DNA of 64,000 bases, from assembly GCF_009834535.1 (NCBI RefSeq), contig NC_045697.1, forward strand, positions 38,008,001 through 38,072,000, in the 5' to 3' direction. This DNA is from Camelus ferus. Taxonomy: Eukaryota. Below are positions 41,700-56,368 of this stretch, one piece after another; positions within the stretch are counted from its first letter, which is position 1; each line of letters begins with the position of its first letter. The position numbers and the translations under genes are program-made. Below the pieces are notes generated by a model, which saw only the letters and a list, made by a program, of their open reading frames with translations, was not told where the DNA came from and made no database searches.

Positions 41700-44600
41700 G
41701 TACATGCCTTTCATACCCAATTTGTTGAGAATTTTTATCACGAAAGAACTTTAACTTTGTCAAATGCTTTTCTTCATCTATTCAATAGTAACTGATCATG
41801 TGATTTTTATCTTTCTTTCTATTAACATGGTGTGTCACATTTATTGATTTGTGTATACTGAATCATCCTTGCATCCCAGGGATAAACTGAACTTGACTAT
41901 GGTGTGTGATCCTTTTAATGTGTTGTTGAATTCAGTTTACTTGTAGTTTGTTTATCATTTCTGCACCTATATCATCAAGGATATTGGCCTGTAGTTTTCT
42001 TGTAGTATCCTAATCTGGTTTTGATATCAGGTCTCAAAATGAGTTTAGGAGTGTTTTTTCCTCTTCAGTTTTTTGGAAAGGTTTAAGAAGAACTGGTGTT
42101 AATTATTCTTTAAATATTTGGTAGAACAATTCACCAGTGAAACTATTTGGTCCTGGCTTTTCTTTGTTGCAAGGCTTTTGATTATTTTTCAATTTCCTTA
42201 TCCATTATTGGTCTGTCCATTTTTTCCACTTCAAGATTCAGTCACGGTAGATTGTACATTTCTAGGAATTTATTCATTTCTTCTAGATTAATCAATTTGT
42301 TGGCATGATTGTTCATAGTAGTCTTATTTTCCTTTGTATTTGTTGTGTCAGTTGTAATGTCTCCCCTTTCATTTCTGAGTCTTCTCTTTTCCTTAGTCTA
42401 GCTAAAGATTTGTCAATGTTCTCTTTTCAAAAAAACACTACTAGTCTCATTTATTTTTGTATTGTTTTCCTGGTCTCTTTCATTTATTTCTGCTCTAATC
42501 TGTATTTCCTTCCTTCTGCTAACTTTAGGCTCAGTATGTTCTTCTTTTTCTAGTTCCCTGAAATATAGTTATATTGTTTCTTCATGATTTTATTTCCTTA
42601 ATCTAGGCATTATTTATTGCTATAAAGTTCCCTCTTAAAACTGCTTTTGCTGCATACCATGTGTTTTGGTATTGTGTTTCCACTTTTGTTTGTTCCAATT
42701 TTTTTTATTTCCCTTTTGATTTCTTCTTTAACTGATTGGCTGTGTAGGAGTGTGTCATTTAATTTCCACACATTTGTGAATTTTTCAGTTTTCCTCCTGT
42801 TACTGATTTTTAGTCTCACACCACTGTATGGAAAAGACACTTAATATGATGCCAATCTTCCTACATTTGCTAAGGCTTGTTTTGTGACCTAACATTATGT
42901 ATCCTGGAGAGTGTCCATGTGCACTTGAGAAGAATACGTATTCTGTTGCTATTGGATGGAATGTTCTGTATATGTCTCTTAGGTCCAGTACCTAGTACCA
43001 AACAGTAGGTACAAGGTATATTTCATTTCCAGCATTTCCCTCATTCTTCTAGATGAGTTATCAATGAGCTATCCATTACTGAAAGAGGGAATAATTGAAG
43101 TCCCCTACTATTATTGTATTGTTGTTGATTTCTCTCTTAAGATCTGTTAGTATTTGCTTAAGATTTTTAGGTGCTCCAGTGTTGGGTGCATATATATCTG
43201 CAATTGTTATATCCTCTTGATAAATTGATCCCCTTTTCATTGTATAATGACCTTCTTTATCTCTTGTTACAATTTCTGACTTACAGTCTATTTTGTCTGA
43301 TAAAAGGTAAGCTACTCCTACTCTCTTTGGTTTCCCTTGCATGGAATGTGTTTTTCTATCCCTCCTCTTTGAACCTATACATATTCTTAAAGGTGAAATG
43401 AAGAAATGAATCTCTTATGTGGCTGAAAATAGCTGGCTATTTTTTAAATCCAGTCAGCTACCATATGCCTTTTGATAGGAAATTTTATCCATTTACATTT
43501 AATATAATTATTTATAGATAAGAACTTTCTAATGCATTTTACTAAATGTTTCCTGCCTGTTTTGTAGTCCCCTTATTCTTTTCTTCATCTTTTGCTGCTT
43601 TCTCTGTGAAATGATAATTTTCCATTATGGTATGCTGATTCCCTTCCCTTTATCTTTTGGGTATCTACCGCAGGTTTTGCTTTTTGGTTCCCTTGAGACT
43701 TACATAAAACATCTTCTACATATAATAGTCTACTTATAGATCTAACAACTTAGATCACATGCAAAAACTTTACTCTTTATTTTTGATGTCATGATTTACC
43801 TCAATATTGTGCATCCATTAACAAATTACTGTAACTATAGTTACTTTTAATACTTTTGGCCTTTTAAACCTTTAGTTTGTAATTAACATATCACCATATT
43901 ACTCTGAATACTCTCATATTATCTAATGCTCTGAAATGAATTACATGCTTACCTTTACCAGTATGTTTTATGTTTTCATGTTACTAATTAGCATTCTTTT
44001 CTTTAAACTTGAAGAACCCCTTTCATCATTTCTTACAAGGCAGGTCTAATGGTGATGAACCCTCAGTTTTTGTTTGGGAAAGTCTCTCTCCTTCATTCCT
44101 ATAAAACAGCCTTGCTGGGTAAAGTATTTTTGTTGGTAGTTTTTCTCTTTCAGCACTTTGAATATATCATCCCACATTCTCCTGGTCTGCAAAGTTTCTA
44201 CTGAGAATTCTGCTGATAGCCTTGTGGGAGATTCCCTTATGGGATTCCCTTACATGTGAAGAATTTTTTTTCTTACTGCTTTTAAAATGTTGTGTTTGAT
44301 TTAGACAATTTTATATTGTGTCTTGGAAAAGATCATTTCCAGTTGAAATTTGGGGGTTACCTATTCACTTCAAGCTTCAGGAACTTAGATGTCCAAACTT
44401 CTCCCCAGATTTGGGAACTTCTCAGCCATTATTTCTTTAAATTAGCATCATACTCCTTTCTCCCACTCTTCTTCTTCTGGGATTTCAATAACGGGTAGAT
44501 TGTTTCTTTTAATGGTATTCTTTTCTTTGTCTTTTCTTTCATTCTCTTTTGTTTCTTTGGAAGGATTCAAATGACCTGTCTTCTCATTCACTCTTTCTTC

Positions 44601-45650
44601 TGCTTTGTCAAGTCTGTAGTTGCAAGATTTCTGTTGAACAGTCAACTGTACTTCTCAACTTGAGGATTTTTTTTAATGGTTTCCATTTCTTTGTTGAACT
44701 TCTCATTTTGTTGATGCATTGTTTTTCCCAGTTTCATTTTCTTGTCTTTTTTTTTTTTAATAGTTTAACAAATTTCTTCAAGGGGATTACTCTGAATGCT
44801 TTGCAGGAGAGTTCATAATTCTCTTTAGGGTTAGTCATTAGAGTTGTGTTAGTTTCCTTTAATAGTGTCATGTTTCCTTGATTATTTCATGATCCCTGTG
44901 GCCTGCATTGGAAACTGCACATTTGAGGAAATGGGCACCTCTTTTAGTCTTTACAACATGCTTCAGTAGGCAAAGTCCTTCACCAGTCCACCCAGAGATC
45001 AGGTGGTGTTCACACATACTGCTGGAACTACTAGAGGGGCAGGCCTGGTGCTTGTATATTCAGACATCCCAGTGCCGGGGTCCAAGAGGGAGGACCCGGA
45101 TCTGGGCCACAGGAGCCCATCTGAAGTCTAGTTCCACATGGGCCAGCCTAGAGCTCGGGTCTGTCAGGAACCTGTGGCCATGCTATTTGGACAGGTGCTG
45201 AGCCCAGCTGGGAGCCTCGGTTCACATGCACTGACTGGGATCCAGAGGCCACAGAAGACAGTGCTAGGATGTGCCAGAAGCCTGGGTTCACAGGAAAACT
45301 GCCAGTAGCCTGGTGCTACGGGAGCTGCCCAGTGCCGTGATAGCCAGCCAATATTGAGGTAAGCTGGAAGCACAGGTTCTCAGGAGCCTGCTGAGAGCCT
45401 GGTGCCATAGAAGTTGGCCAGCACCAGGGTGAGCCTGCAGCCTGAGTTCACAGGAGCTGACTAGTGCTACAATGGATCAGGGTTTACACGCATGTTGTAA
45501 AGACTAGGTTTACTAGGACTCTCGGAGTCTGGAGCTGAGGAGTTACAGGAGCTGCCTGGGGCCACTAGGGCTGACAGGCACCGGAGCAAGATGGGGCCTG
45601 GGTTTGCAGGAGCAAAACTGATGACTTGGCAAAGGATGAGCACCAGAAAT
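41700..45650 (-). mobile_element. LINE-1 5' half (repetitive 5'UTR, ORF1, ORF2 EN), sense to CLOCK
   Basis: Minus-strand peptide RDKEGHY...IYAPNTGAPK...IVGDFN; ORF1 remnants; GC-richer UTR at 44900-45650. Confidence 0.9.
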
Positions 45651-47703
45651 TCCTATGCTGCCAATTTAGTCCAATGATAAAATCTTATATATGCTGATGA
45701 TAATATTGTGTATAACTGCTAATCTTTAATAATTAAAGATTTTAGAAACTTAAAAATAAAGTTGTAAACATATGGTTTATATCTTACTACTTAAATAAAA
45801 TGTGTTTGACCAAATAAAGCTGCCAGAGCATTAATTTTCTTAAGTGGCTGATTAGTAAGTTAGTATGAGTGAGAACTCTCAATTGGTACAAATTTGAGAA
45901 TTTACATTTGGGCAACTAGATTATAATGTGGAATAATACTCCCATCCACAGTTTAGTATTTCAGTGGTATGAAGTTAATTTCAAACTCCTTAAGGAGTTT
46001 ACAGTCTAACTGGATTACAGTCAACTAAATTTTCTTTTAGATGGAAAGATAAATTGCAGGGCTATTGTTATATACAATAATGTCAAAATATTTGCAAAAT
46101 ATGTACATATACACATACATATAAATAATGGATACATTAGTAGTTTCTGCACTTCCTTATGTTCAAAAATTATTGAGTATACACTATGGCCAGGCACTTT
46201 ACGTACTAGGGTTATATGATTTAACAAGACAAAGTCCCTACCATTAGAAACTATGGCTTATGTTAGGAACATAACATTTTCACTTTTATTCTCATAATAT
46301 CTATAGAAAAGTACTCACTAGTAACATCTCTAGACAATTTCAAAATGTCAGGGCTTTCAGCAAAAGGTAGAGAGGGACAGAGGGAGCCCTAAAGATGAAG
46401 AGATACTCTCTTCTAATCTATACAAACATATGGCTTGATGACAGTTGAAAGAATAGAAAAAGCACTTGTTTCAGGTTGGGTATGGTTCCAATGGTGCTTC
46501 AGCAGACCCCTGCTGCATACTGTAAACTATATTATTAAAGTAATTATTTTAGGGCTGGTAATCTTACTGTGGTACACCTAGGTTTAGTGACAAACACATT
46601 TTTAGAACATTTCATTACTACTGGATTTTTTTTTTATAACATGCATTAATGTTTTAGGACAAAGGCAAACAAGAAAATATCATGGACCTATTTAAAAGTA
46701 AAATTTTATACTGTATCTTAAAGTCAATAAACAAGTCTCCAATCTCCCACATTTTCAGCAAGCTCCTTATAATTGATTTAAGTATAATCATAAAGCTCTT
46801 TAGCCATTACGATGATTTAAATTACATTCTAAGACAGAAAAGTATCCTAACGTTATTTCTAAAACACTGAATTTTAAAATGTTGAAAATAGTATTTGGAG
46901 ACCAAGACTCTACAATTATTATAAAAATAAATTAGTAACACCATACTCCCTATATCTTCCACCTCACTGGGGATTTATTTTTGGTCCTTCTGATGATTTG
47001 ATGTTTTCCTCTAAGATAAATGTTTAGATTTAATCCCTATATGTTTAATGTTCTTATTTATGTACAAAATTACTTGAATCATCAAACTACAATATACTGA
47101 CAGTTTCAGAGTGTCAAACTGTAAAAACCAGCTTGGCCAGTCTATTTGGGAAAGTGAAAATCAAGTACTGTACACATTCAACAAACAATGTGAACTAGTC
47201 TGCCTATATGCTTTCAGGTGATAGTCTCAAATGACAGTTCAAAACCTCCTTCTCTTTTGCCCTAACCCTTATCTATTGCTCCTCTCACATAGTGAATCTG
47301 CAAAAAAGATAAAATATAGTTCTGAAAATAAATAACCACAGCAATAACCAAAGCAACACGTTATGAATAAATAATATAATATAAATGGTATCCTAAATAA
47401 CCAATACCTTCATTATATAAGCAGTAAAACTTTCATATAATTATTTGCCATATGGCCTTGTTAAAGCTGTCACTCTTATATTTAAAATGTTCCCTAGAAA
47501 TTCCAAGAGAAATTGCCTTTGAAATATATCATAAGTCTTCAGGGGCTGTAAATACAGGTTTTGATTTTTATCTCCTGACCCTTTTGATGTTTGAAAGATG
47601 TTTATTTAGATTAAAATCTTAAAGTGCTCCAAATATTTTGGATGAATCTTTTATTGACTACTGAAATCAAATTAAATATTTTTGTCCATTAAAGATATGT
47701 AAT

Positions 47704-47747
47704 AGCAAAATGATTATAAATCAATTAAAAAAAAAAGTCAAAAAAAA
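47704..47747 (+). mobile_element. Ultra-short retroelement 3' tip plus poly(A)
   Basis: Shares aaaatgattataaatcaat with the 7089 insert; TSD aaagatatgtaat / aaaggtatgtaat. Confidence 0.7.
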
Positions 47748-48339
47748 AAAGGTATGTAATGTATGTCCAAAGTCACAGAGAGCTGCCTGCTATCCTCATT
47801 GCTAAGTGGAAGAGAACTGGTGCCTGAGAAAAAATTTTAATACTTTCAGAATAAATTAATTGTAATAAAATCTAAAATAAACTAGAGTGTTTTTCACTTT
47901 ATGCAAAGGAATAAAGTTACACTAACATTTACTGGATAAGAAGCTATCATGCAAAGACAGTTTATAGGCTGCTTTTGTTTATACATCCTATTAGTTTCTT
48001 AGAACATGCATGTTATTGGTGTAATACATGCACATGGTTTTAAAAAAACAACTGCAGTCCTGTTACCAAGAAGCAATCTCTTTCACCTATTTTTTATAGT
48101 TTTCATATTTATCTCCACAATTATAGATAACATGCCTCTGTATTTTCTGATTAGCTTCAAAGATGAGTACCACCAAACCACTCAAACAACAACCCAGCCT
48201 CCATATAAATTAAGGTGACTGGCTCCTTATTTTACTGTGTAGAAGAAAAGGTGAACACATTCTGGCACAACATACTTGGTAATGCTTGTTATTTTGGTTT
48301 TTTTAATGCACATGTCTGGCATTCAATCAAAAATTACAA

Positions 48340-49610
48340 GACAAACAAAAACAGCCAACTTGACCTAATTGACATTTATAGGGCACTCCATCCAACAACA
48401 GAATACACATAATTTTCAACTGCTCATGAAGCATTTACCAAAATAGACCATATTCTGGGTTATAAAGCAAATCTCAATAAATTTAAAAGGATTCGTCATA
48501 AATGTATGTTTTCATCACAATGGAATTAACTTAGCAGACAGATCTCCTGAAAATCCTCAAATATTTGGAAACTAAATAATACACTTCTAAATAATCTATA
48601 GGCCAAACAAGACATCAGAAAAGAAATTATAAAGTATTTTGAACTAGATGAAAATTAAAAATGTATATTTCAGAATTTGTAAGCAATATTTAGAGGAAAA
48701 TTTATAGCACACATATATTAGGAGAAAAAGGTCACAAATTAATGATCTCACCTTCTACCTTAAGAAACTAGAAAAAGAAAAGAAACTAAAACCAAAGTAA
48801 GTTAATGAAAGGAATTAATAAAGATCAGAGCAGAAATAAGAAAATAAAACACAGGAAAACTAGAGGAAATTGGTTAAAACAAAAGCTGATTCTTTGAGAA
48901 TCTTAATAAAATCAATAAATCTCAAGCCAGATTGATAAGGAAAATGAAGACACAAATTACCAGTATCAGGAATGATACCAAATCTCTGCATATTATACAG
49001 ATATGAGACTCATGATATATTCTATAGCTATTTAAAGGATAAAAGATTATAAATATCATAAATTACTAATAAATTCAACAATTTAGATGAAATGGACAAT
49101 TCCTTGAGAAATTTAGCAAATATGTGAAGAGACAGACCCATACAACTACAGGATGAACAACCAATAGAAAAACAATGTAATAAGCAAACCAATGGACGAT
49201 GCAGATATTGTAATTAATAGACAAGCACTTAAATAATTATAATCAATTAGTTCAAGAGAGTTGGAGTCTATTAAAAAACCCATAAAATAGGATCAAATGG
49301 ATGTTCCAGAACTCAAAAGTTACAATGTAAAATGAAGAGCACAATAGACTGGCTTGGAGAAAAAAGAAGACAGTTTTTGGTGTACTGTAAGATAGGTCAT
49401 TAGAAGATACTCAAACTGAAGTATAGCAAGAGAAAAAAAAATTTAAGAGACATGTGAAACATGCTGACAGGATGTAACAAATGTTTAAATTAGAATCCAA
49501 AAAGGAAGAGAGAGCAGAGGCAATAATTGAAGAGATAATGAGAGAACTTTCCAAAACTAAAAGGCATTAAGGTACAGATTCAGAAAGCTCTATGACTATA
49601 AAGCATACAG
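48340..49610 (+). mobile_element. Old L1 fragments (ORF2 EN followed by an ORF1-like piece)
   Basis: LDLIDIYRALHPTTEYT; ttagatgaaatggacaa. Confidence 0.75.
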
Positions 49611-49708
49611 AGGAACCACGGAGGGGCCAACTGTAAGTGGATTTTTGACATTTTCAGCAGCAAAGAGGGTCAATGCCCCTAACCCCCATGTTGCTCACGG
49701 GTCAACTG
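49605..49708. mobile_element. TcMar-Tigger terminal fragment
   Basis: gcccctaacccccatgttgctcacgggtcaactg terminal inverted repeat. Confidence 0.65.
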
Positions 49709-52700
49709 AAAACATCAAAGGAAAAGACTAAGACTAGATAAAAATGAAAATCTGAATTTATAGGCAAGGACATCCAGAAAACATGATGAAGAAAAAAAAA
49801 GTAGTTTATAAAACTGCATATATTCCACTTGTTATAAAATTGTAACATGTACACACACACACTCACACACACCAAATGCCTTAGAAAATGTTGAAAAAAA
49901 TATTAAAGAGCTTTATCCCCCAGATTTTGGGTGATTTTTTTCATCATAGATCTTCTTTGTAGTTTTTGGTACTTTAACTCTTTTCCAAGGAGCAAGATTC
50001 ATTTTTATATAAACCATAAAACTATTTTCAAAAGAAAAAAATCAAATCGCAAATGTGAATAATGATCAGCCCCAACAAAGTAAGAGACAACAGAAAACAG
50101 AAGAATCTGATCAAGTCTAAAAAAAGGCTAATGTAAACTTGTTTCATACAATAAACTCTCCTGGTGAAACAGACATTTATAATTACAAATATACAATATT
50201 ATCACAATTTCTGATGGAGACAAAAATTATCAGGTAAGAGCTGCAAATAGCTTGTTCCATTAACTAATGTTTCTCTCATTTCTCTTCTTGTTTCTAATAA
50301 AAATTTATGAAGTTTCTATAGAACTATCTAAGTTAAAGTTGTAAAATAAAATTAGTTCTAACATTTTTCATTTTAATTTGTGGGGTTTTTCCTAAATAAC
50401 TTCTAATATTATTTCAACTAAAATGTAAGTGTCAACATATAAGAAAACCAGTCAGCAGTTTTTCAAAACTGTACATGGCAAAGGAATTTCAAAGAATTAC
50501 TCAACACCATGTTATCTTGGTAACATTTTCTAATAACTTTTTCTCTGTTGTAAGTCATATAAAAAGGTTAAGTACTCCCAAACTCTCTATATAAATACAA
50601 AACTTCCTTTTTTCATAATAAAAGAAAAAAGTAAAAGGCAATCACCATCAAAAGAACAGTCACAGAAACCTGAGAAAACGTTAACTTTCAAAAACAGACA
50701 AGAGAAGGCACATTAAAACTATTGCATACAACTTTAAGATCGTATCTATTTCTCCTGAAAATAGTTTAACATAATAGTTTCTCTCCCCTATTTACATTGG
50801 AGGATTAAAGATATCTAGGAGTAGAATAAAATGTCACCGAAGCCCTATAAAAAAGTAATGTCAATTTTTTTGGGTGAAAGGATTCTTTCTTGGTATTTAG
50901 ATTTTCCTTTTAAGGAAGTTTTTGAAGCAATCAAACAAACTCTCTGTTCCACTGTAAAAAGAAAAAAAAACAAAAACAACAAAAAAACACTATAGCTCAA
51001 TTTTTAACTGAGTGTGTGCAGACTGCTTCATAGATACCCACACTACCTAGAAGGCTTGTTCAAGAGCATTGCTATTCAAATAATTTATGCTCTTGAAATG
51101 TAAAGTTACTTTAATACAATTCAAAGTTAAACCTATCTTAGAAAGAAAATATATCAGTATAAAACTCTTGGATTCTTCATTACTATGGATCATTACTAGG
51201 TAATTTATCACCATATTTTTCAACAAGAAGCACAAAATTTGTTTAATCTGGACATTAATACAAATTCAGTGTGATTCTACTTGAATTCTAATTCTTCTAA
51301 AGATTATCCTACTGAAATTTTTTTCAGGTATCAACTCTACCTGATTCCTAATGCTGTCACTTCTAAATGACACCATTATTTATAATTTTAAAAACTGAAA
51401 ACGTGTGTCCAACAGAAAAAGATCAGTAAGGAAACTGTTACACAAACATAGATGAAAATACTACATAGCTATTAAAAAATGTAGAAAAATACTGACATAA
51501 AAATGTTCAAGATTCACTGTTAAGTGAATAGAATAGTTTGCACTACAGAAGATGTATTATGAGCCCATTCTGTAAACATCATATATCTGTAAGTGTACAT
51601 ATACTTACATAATGGCCAAAAAAAAATGCAGGGAGAAGACATTCTAGAAGATTAACAATGGCATCTTGTGGTTGTGGGAATCCCAGTGACAATCTAATGA
51701 TTTAATTCATGCTCTTTGTGTTTTCCCAAGTTCTCTACATTAGGGATACAATACTTTTATACCTGGGAGGAAAGAAATTAAGAAAGAAACTATATTACAG
51801 CCACAAATGATAAATTCTTAGGTAGGTACATATGGTTTAACCCTCTTTGGTGCAACACCCTTTTGTGTTTTATTTTTTAAATACAAAACCTCGAACATGA
51901 ATCAATCTGTATTTTCACTTTCTACTACTTTTCTGGGTAAAAATTAAAAATTTAAGTATCTGATTAAATGTGAACTATGAAAAAGATAGGAATTTTTGTC
52001 TTACTATTGAATCTTATTAATGTAAAAATGAAAACAAAAGATTTCTGAAAAACAAAAAGCAAGTCACATTCTAAACAATACCCTATAAAAGTAAAAAAAA
52101 AATTTCATAAAATTTTTTTGTACAAGTGATTCCTTTCTGTAGACTTCTATGACTTAAAACAATAAGCAGAACTACATCTTTGAGAAACACACGCCTAAAA
52201 CAGTAACTCAGAGTTGATACTATACTCACTAGGATAAGTTCAGGTAATTTAACATTTGCAAAATCAAAAACATGGAGAAAAACAAGAATCTCTTACCCAC
52301 CTAATTCACAGAAGTTACAGCTAACAGCTATAAAAATGACTAACAAATGGTTGTAAAGCCATTATAATAATTAGTCAATTAGTAAGAATTAAATTGCTCT
52401 GACACTTGAAAGTATTCTATAATTCATACAACTCCACCTAGAAGTTTAGGTTCAGAAAAGGAGAAAATGCAATGTCCACTGGTACAATATCTACAAAAAA
52501 AACCGCACTTTAAAAATTTTTTTACTTTATGCATCTGCAAAGAAGTTAAAGGAAACATAAACAATAAAGGGTAGTTTTGCTGTAATGTGGAACTTTGATT
52601 CTTCACCACAGTTTGCTTTCATAGTTTAAAATATTTACAGCAAATAAATATTTTATTTGACACAGTATCAGAAGTAAAAATGTGGGGGAGAGGGTACATT

Positions 52701-55673
52701 AAATATGAGCTTTGAGGAAAAAATAATTTACTTTCAATACTACCACTGCCTGACATATTAGATGGTAGACAATAGTTAACTGGCAGAATTAAATTTCCTA
52801 ATATTTCTAAAATCCTGAAATCTAAGACAGGCTGTATTATAATTATCAAATAAAAGATTATACAGTGTTTTCCAGTGGGATAAAGTAAAAAACAAACAAA
52901 AATAAACAACTATCAATTAGTGTCATAAATGCCTGCTATGAGGACACAACTTTTTACTTTCTTACCCTTAAGAGCTAAGAGTTGAGTTTTCTAAGTTTGT
53001 TCCATCCTTTCTTAACTATTTAAAGTGCTGAGATATCTACTCTCCCTCCAAACCCCATGCTCCCAAAAACAGAAAGCTGGAAAGTTTCATCCTTACAAAT
53101 TTTATGTATATTTTCTGGAATCTATCATTTCCTATCTTGTGTTATAATCTTTACTCACATATTCTTTTAACCATCCTAGATTTCAAACCCACTGAGGGCA
53201 GGGTCAATTGTACTGAATCTATGTATCTCACATAGCTTAATAAAGAGTCTTGACTAATACTCAACTTTCTGCAGACTCTTATCACCTAAAAAGATTAAGT
53301 CTTGGTAATTACTTGCAACTTGGTTAAAAAATAAAAATAAAAACAAACAACAACAACAAAAAACTCTAGAACTCTTAGAAAGGTAGTGTTCTGTCTGCAG
53401 GAGGCAATGGGGGTAGATGGGGGTGTGCATACTACTTGTTTTCTGTCAGTAAAGCACAAACCAGATAAAAACACCTCCCATTTCCCCTTCAAAGGCTAGA
53501 TTCTATCCCAAGTCAATCAATGTCTCTTAAGGACAGAGCCTACCTAAGTTCCCTTCAGAGGACCTGGAGAGGCTGATGCAATCTAAGAGGCTTCCTAGTG
53601 GTCTGCAAGCACAGAAGAGTAAAATCAAAGTTTCACCTGTGTGCTACTGAACACGTCAAAACTCAAAGAAAAACCTAGAATGAGGACCTCAAAGAGCCCT
53701 ATAAAAGCCAGGCTCGAAGTCTTACAGCTGATGTCAATCTACACCAGATACAGTTCATGCCAGTAAGACCTCACTACAAACTGTGTAAATGTACCCCAAA
53801 CCTAGTGTCCCCTACAAGGGAAAATACGAGAATGTTCTAAGACGTATACCAGATGTAAAACTTTTTGACATACTCCAGGTCATCTGCCTGTCCTGGGGGT
53901 AGTATAAGAGCCTACAGCAGAGGCATAATGACAAAGCAGACAATCAATCATGACAATTCAGTTCTCAAAATTGAAAGTCTACGTTTGTAAATAACCAGAA
54001 AAAGAACTAGAAGGTTATACAACGTTAACAGTACTTGTCTCTGGGGAGAGATGTGAGATAGAAGTGGAAGCATGCAAAGGGCATTTTCACTTATTCTATA
54101 TACATTGTATTAATTTTTCATGGACATTGATTCACGTCTATAATTTTAAAAGCAAAACTGTAAGTAAAATTTTGAAATGTGATTTTTTTTTCAAAAAGAC
54201 TGAACAGACCCACATGGAATTCAAATAAAAAATAAATGCCATCTGCAGAAGTTTGGCTACTAGAGATCTACAGATCAAACAGAAATAACACAAATATTCT
54301 ATCCTGCAAAATAAAAAGAAATGCTGGTAACACAACAAAAATGGCCACAGCAACTGTCACACACTACTCAACAATGACTACTTTGATTATATAATATTAG
54401 CCACCAGAAGGACTCTGAGCACCCTCCCCCTAAAATTATATACTATTTTCAGCAACCTATAAGTCATTAAAAAAACTGTAGCTCTTTGGACCAACAGAAC
54501 ACTGCCTCTCAGTTTTAATTCTTCATAAGCAGTACTCTCTCTATATATATACACACACACACATATAAATTTACATATCGCTGAGGGTCGTGTCTTGAGA
54601 AAAGCATATCCCAATATGAAAAGCAAACTACCTGGACAACCAATTCTATTTTCATTTTAATGGAATGTTCATATTCTCCAGCTGCTTGTCATGACAATTT
54701 TGGGGTTAAAAAAGGTAAAAGTAAAATTTTCTACAACTATGACTCCTGAAAGAAAAGGAAGCGAGGACAAACTATGCTATGAAAACAGCATAATCCAGCC
54801 ACAATGCCAAATGTAAATAATATACTGTTTTAGCAAAGCAAAATATGACTAAATGTCCTTAAAAGTTAAATTTGTCTGTGACTTCAGCATCTTAAAAACC
54901 GAAGTATAGATAGCCAAACTTAAACTTTCTTTCAATTTTAGTTCATTTTCCTAAAAAATATTTTTAAAAACCATATTGAAAATGGTCAAAATCACCATAA
55001 ATTAGGAGAGACAAAAGCATCAGACAAAAACTACATAGCAAATTATTTTGGCGAGGAGGATTCTTGCTTAATCTAGTCTATGAATCCATAATATAGTTAC
55101 AAATATTTTAAAATACAAAGACATACACAGTGTACATGTCATTTCCCACCCTCCCCTCCCCAGGCCACTTACTTCTCCTTCTCCCCTACTCTTACTAGTT
55201 TTCCAGTATCCTCCCAGTGTTTCTTTACACTTAGAAAAGCAAACACAGGCTTGTATTCTTACTCCACACCTGCCCCCTTAACACACAAAGGAGCACACCG
55301 CCCTACGTCTTGTTTTTTTCACTTTTATAACATATTCCGGAGATCTTCCCATGTCAGTACGCAGAAAGCTTCCTCATTCTTTTTTTTATAGCTGATCACG
55401 ACTAGTTCTACCACAACTTTCATCTATCTTCTTCAGGCCTACCTTTAATGACAGTCTATTCAGTCAACTACTAACACCTGAGTTAGTTTCTCCCCCACCC
55501 CAACAAGGTCTTAAAACAGAGAAAGCAACACACTGTCTTAATTACATCCTTTTTAGAACGTTTGTTTTTCAACCAGGTAGAAGAGGAAAAACGCTGCAAA
55601 ATTTTCTCCTCTTACCACTTAAAATGAAATAAAAATCACTACAAATTAGGACGCAGTCTTCAAATGAAATTAC

Positions 55674-55755
55674 CTTTTTTTGATTCAGGGGATCAACGTA
55701 ATAACCAAATCAACACTGACTGTAAAAGTTCTTTACTTCTTGTGCTTTTCTTTCA
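55674..55755 (-). other. CLOCK: CLOCK 82-nt 5'UTR exon
   Basis: ttttttacag|TGAAAGAAAAGCACAAGAAG...AAAAAAAG|gtaatt. The start matches mouse Clock 5'UTR sequence as recalled. Confidence 0.78.
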
Positions 55756-56357
55756 CTGTAAAAAACATTGATTAAAAAAAAAGTTAGAAAGCCTTTAAGT
55801 CGTATAGCGGGCATTCTAATAAGAAACCGCCACCTGATTCAATCTTTCACCTGCCAGGTCAGAGGCCAAGGCTTCTTTACCTTTCAGGATTCTGCTATTA
55901 TCAACAGGACGACTTCTACACCAGCGAAAACACACTCAAGAATGTACGCTCTGCGACGCTACGTGCTGGAAATTACACTCCAGGGGCCAGAGCGCCAGGA
56001 CCAGATACAGACCCCGGCTTCTTAAACGGAAAGGGATCCATAAGCCAGCCGCGGAGGTGACAGCGAGTGGGCAGGCGCGGGTGGACGAAGGTTAGAAAGA
56101 CCCGGCGCTGCGCGAGGAGCCCTCGAAACCCCGCAGTTGCCCGAGTCGGAGGCGCCGAGCCGCGCGCTCCCCGGGGACCGAGACCCGGAACCGCGACCAC
56201 TAACGGGACGAGCCCACCGGCGGCGGCAACCGCCGCACGGACTGCGGACCTCCGCGCGCGGGCCGGGCGTCGGGAGGGCGGGGGTTCCCCGGAGGAGCTG
56301 GCCGCCCCGGCGCCCCATTGGGCGCCGCTCCAAACGTGCCCGAGTTGTGACAGGAAT

Positions 56358-56368
56358 AAAGTGGGTCA
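56358..56368 (+). promoter_or_regulatory. RORE / REV-ERB response element in the CLOCK first intron
   Basis: AAAGTGGGTCA fits WAWNTRGGTCA exactly. It is an AT-rich patch inside the CpG island, ~760 bp into the gene, where a CLOCK RRE is known. Confidence 0.8.

Noticed and set aside
50796..50951. Possible minus-strand exon with a strong pyrimidine tract and acceptor
   Set aside because: Only weak donors (AAT|GTAAAT, TCG|GTGACA), and the tract derives from an A-rich simple repeat.
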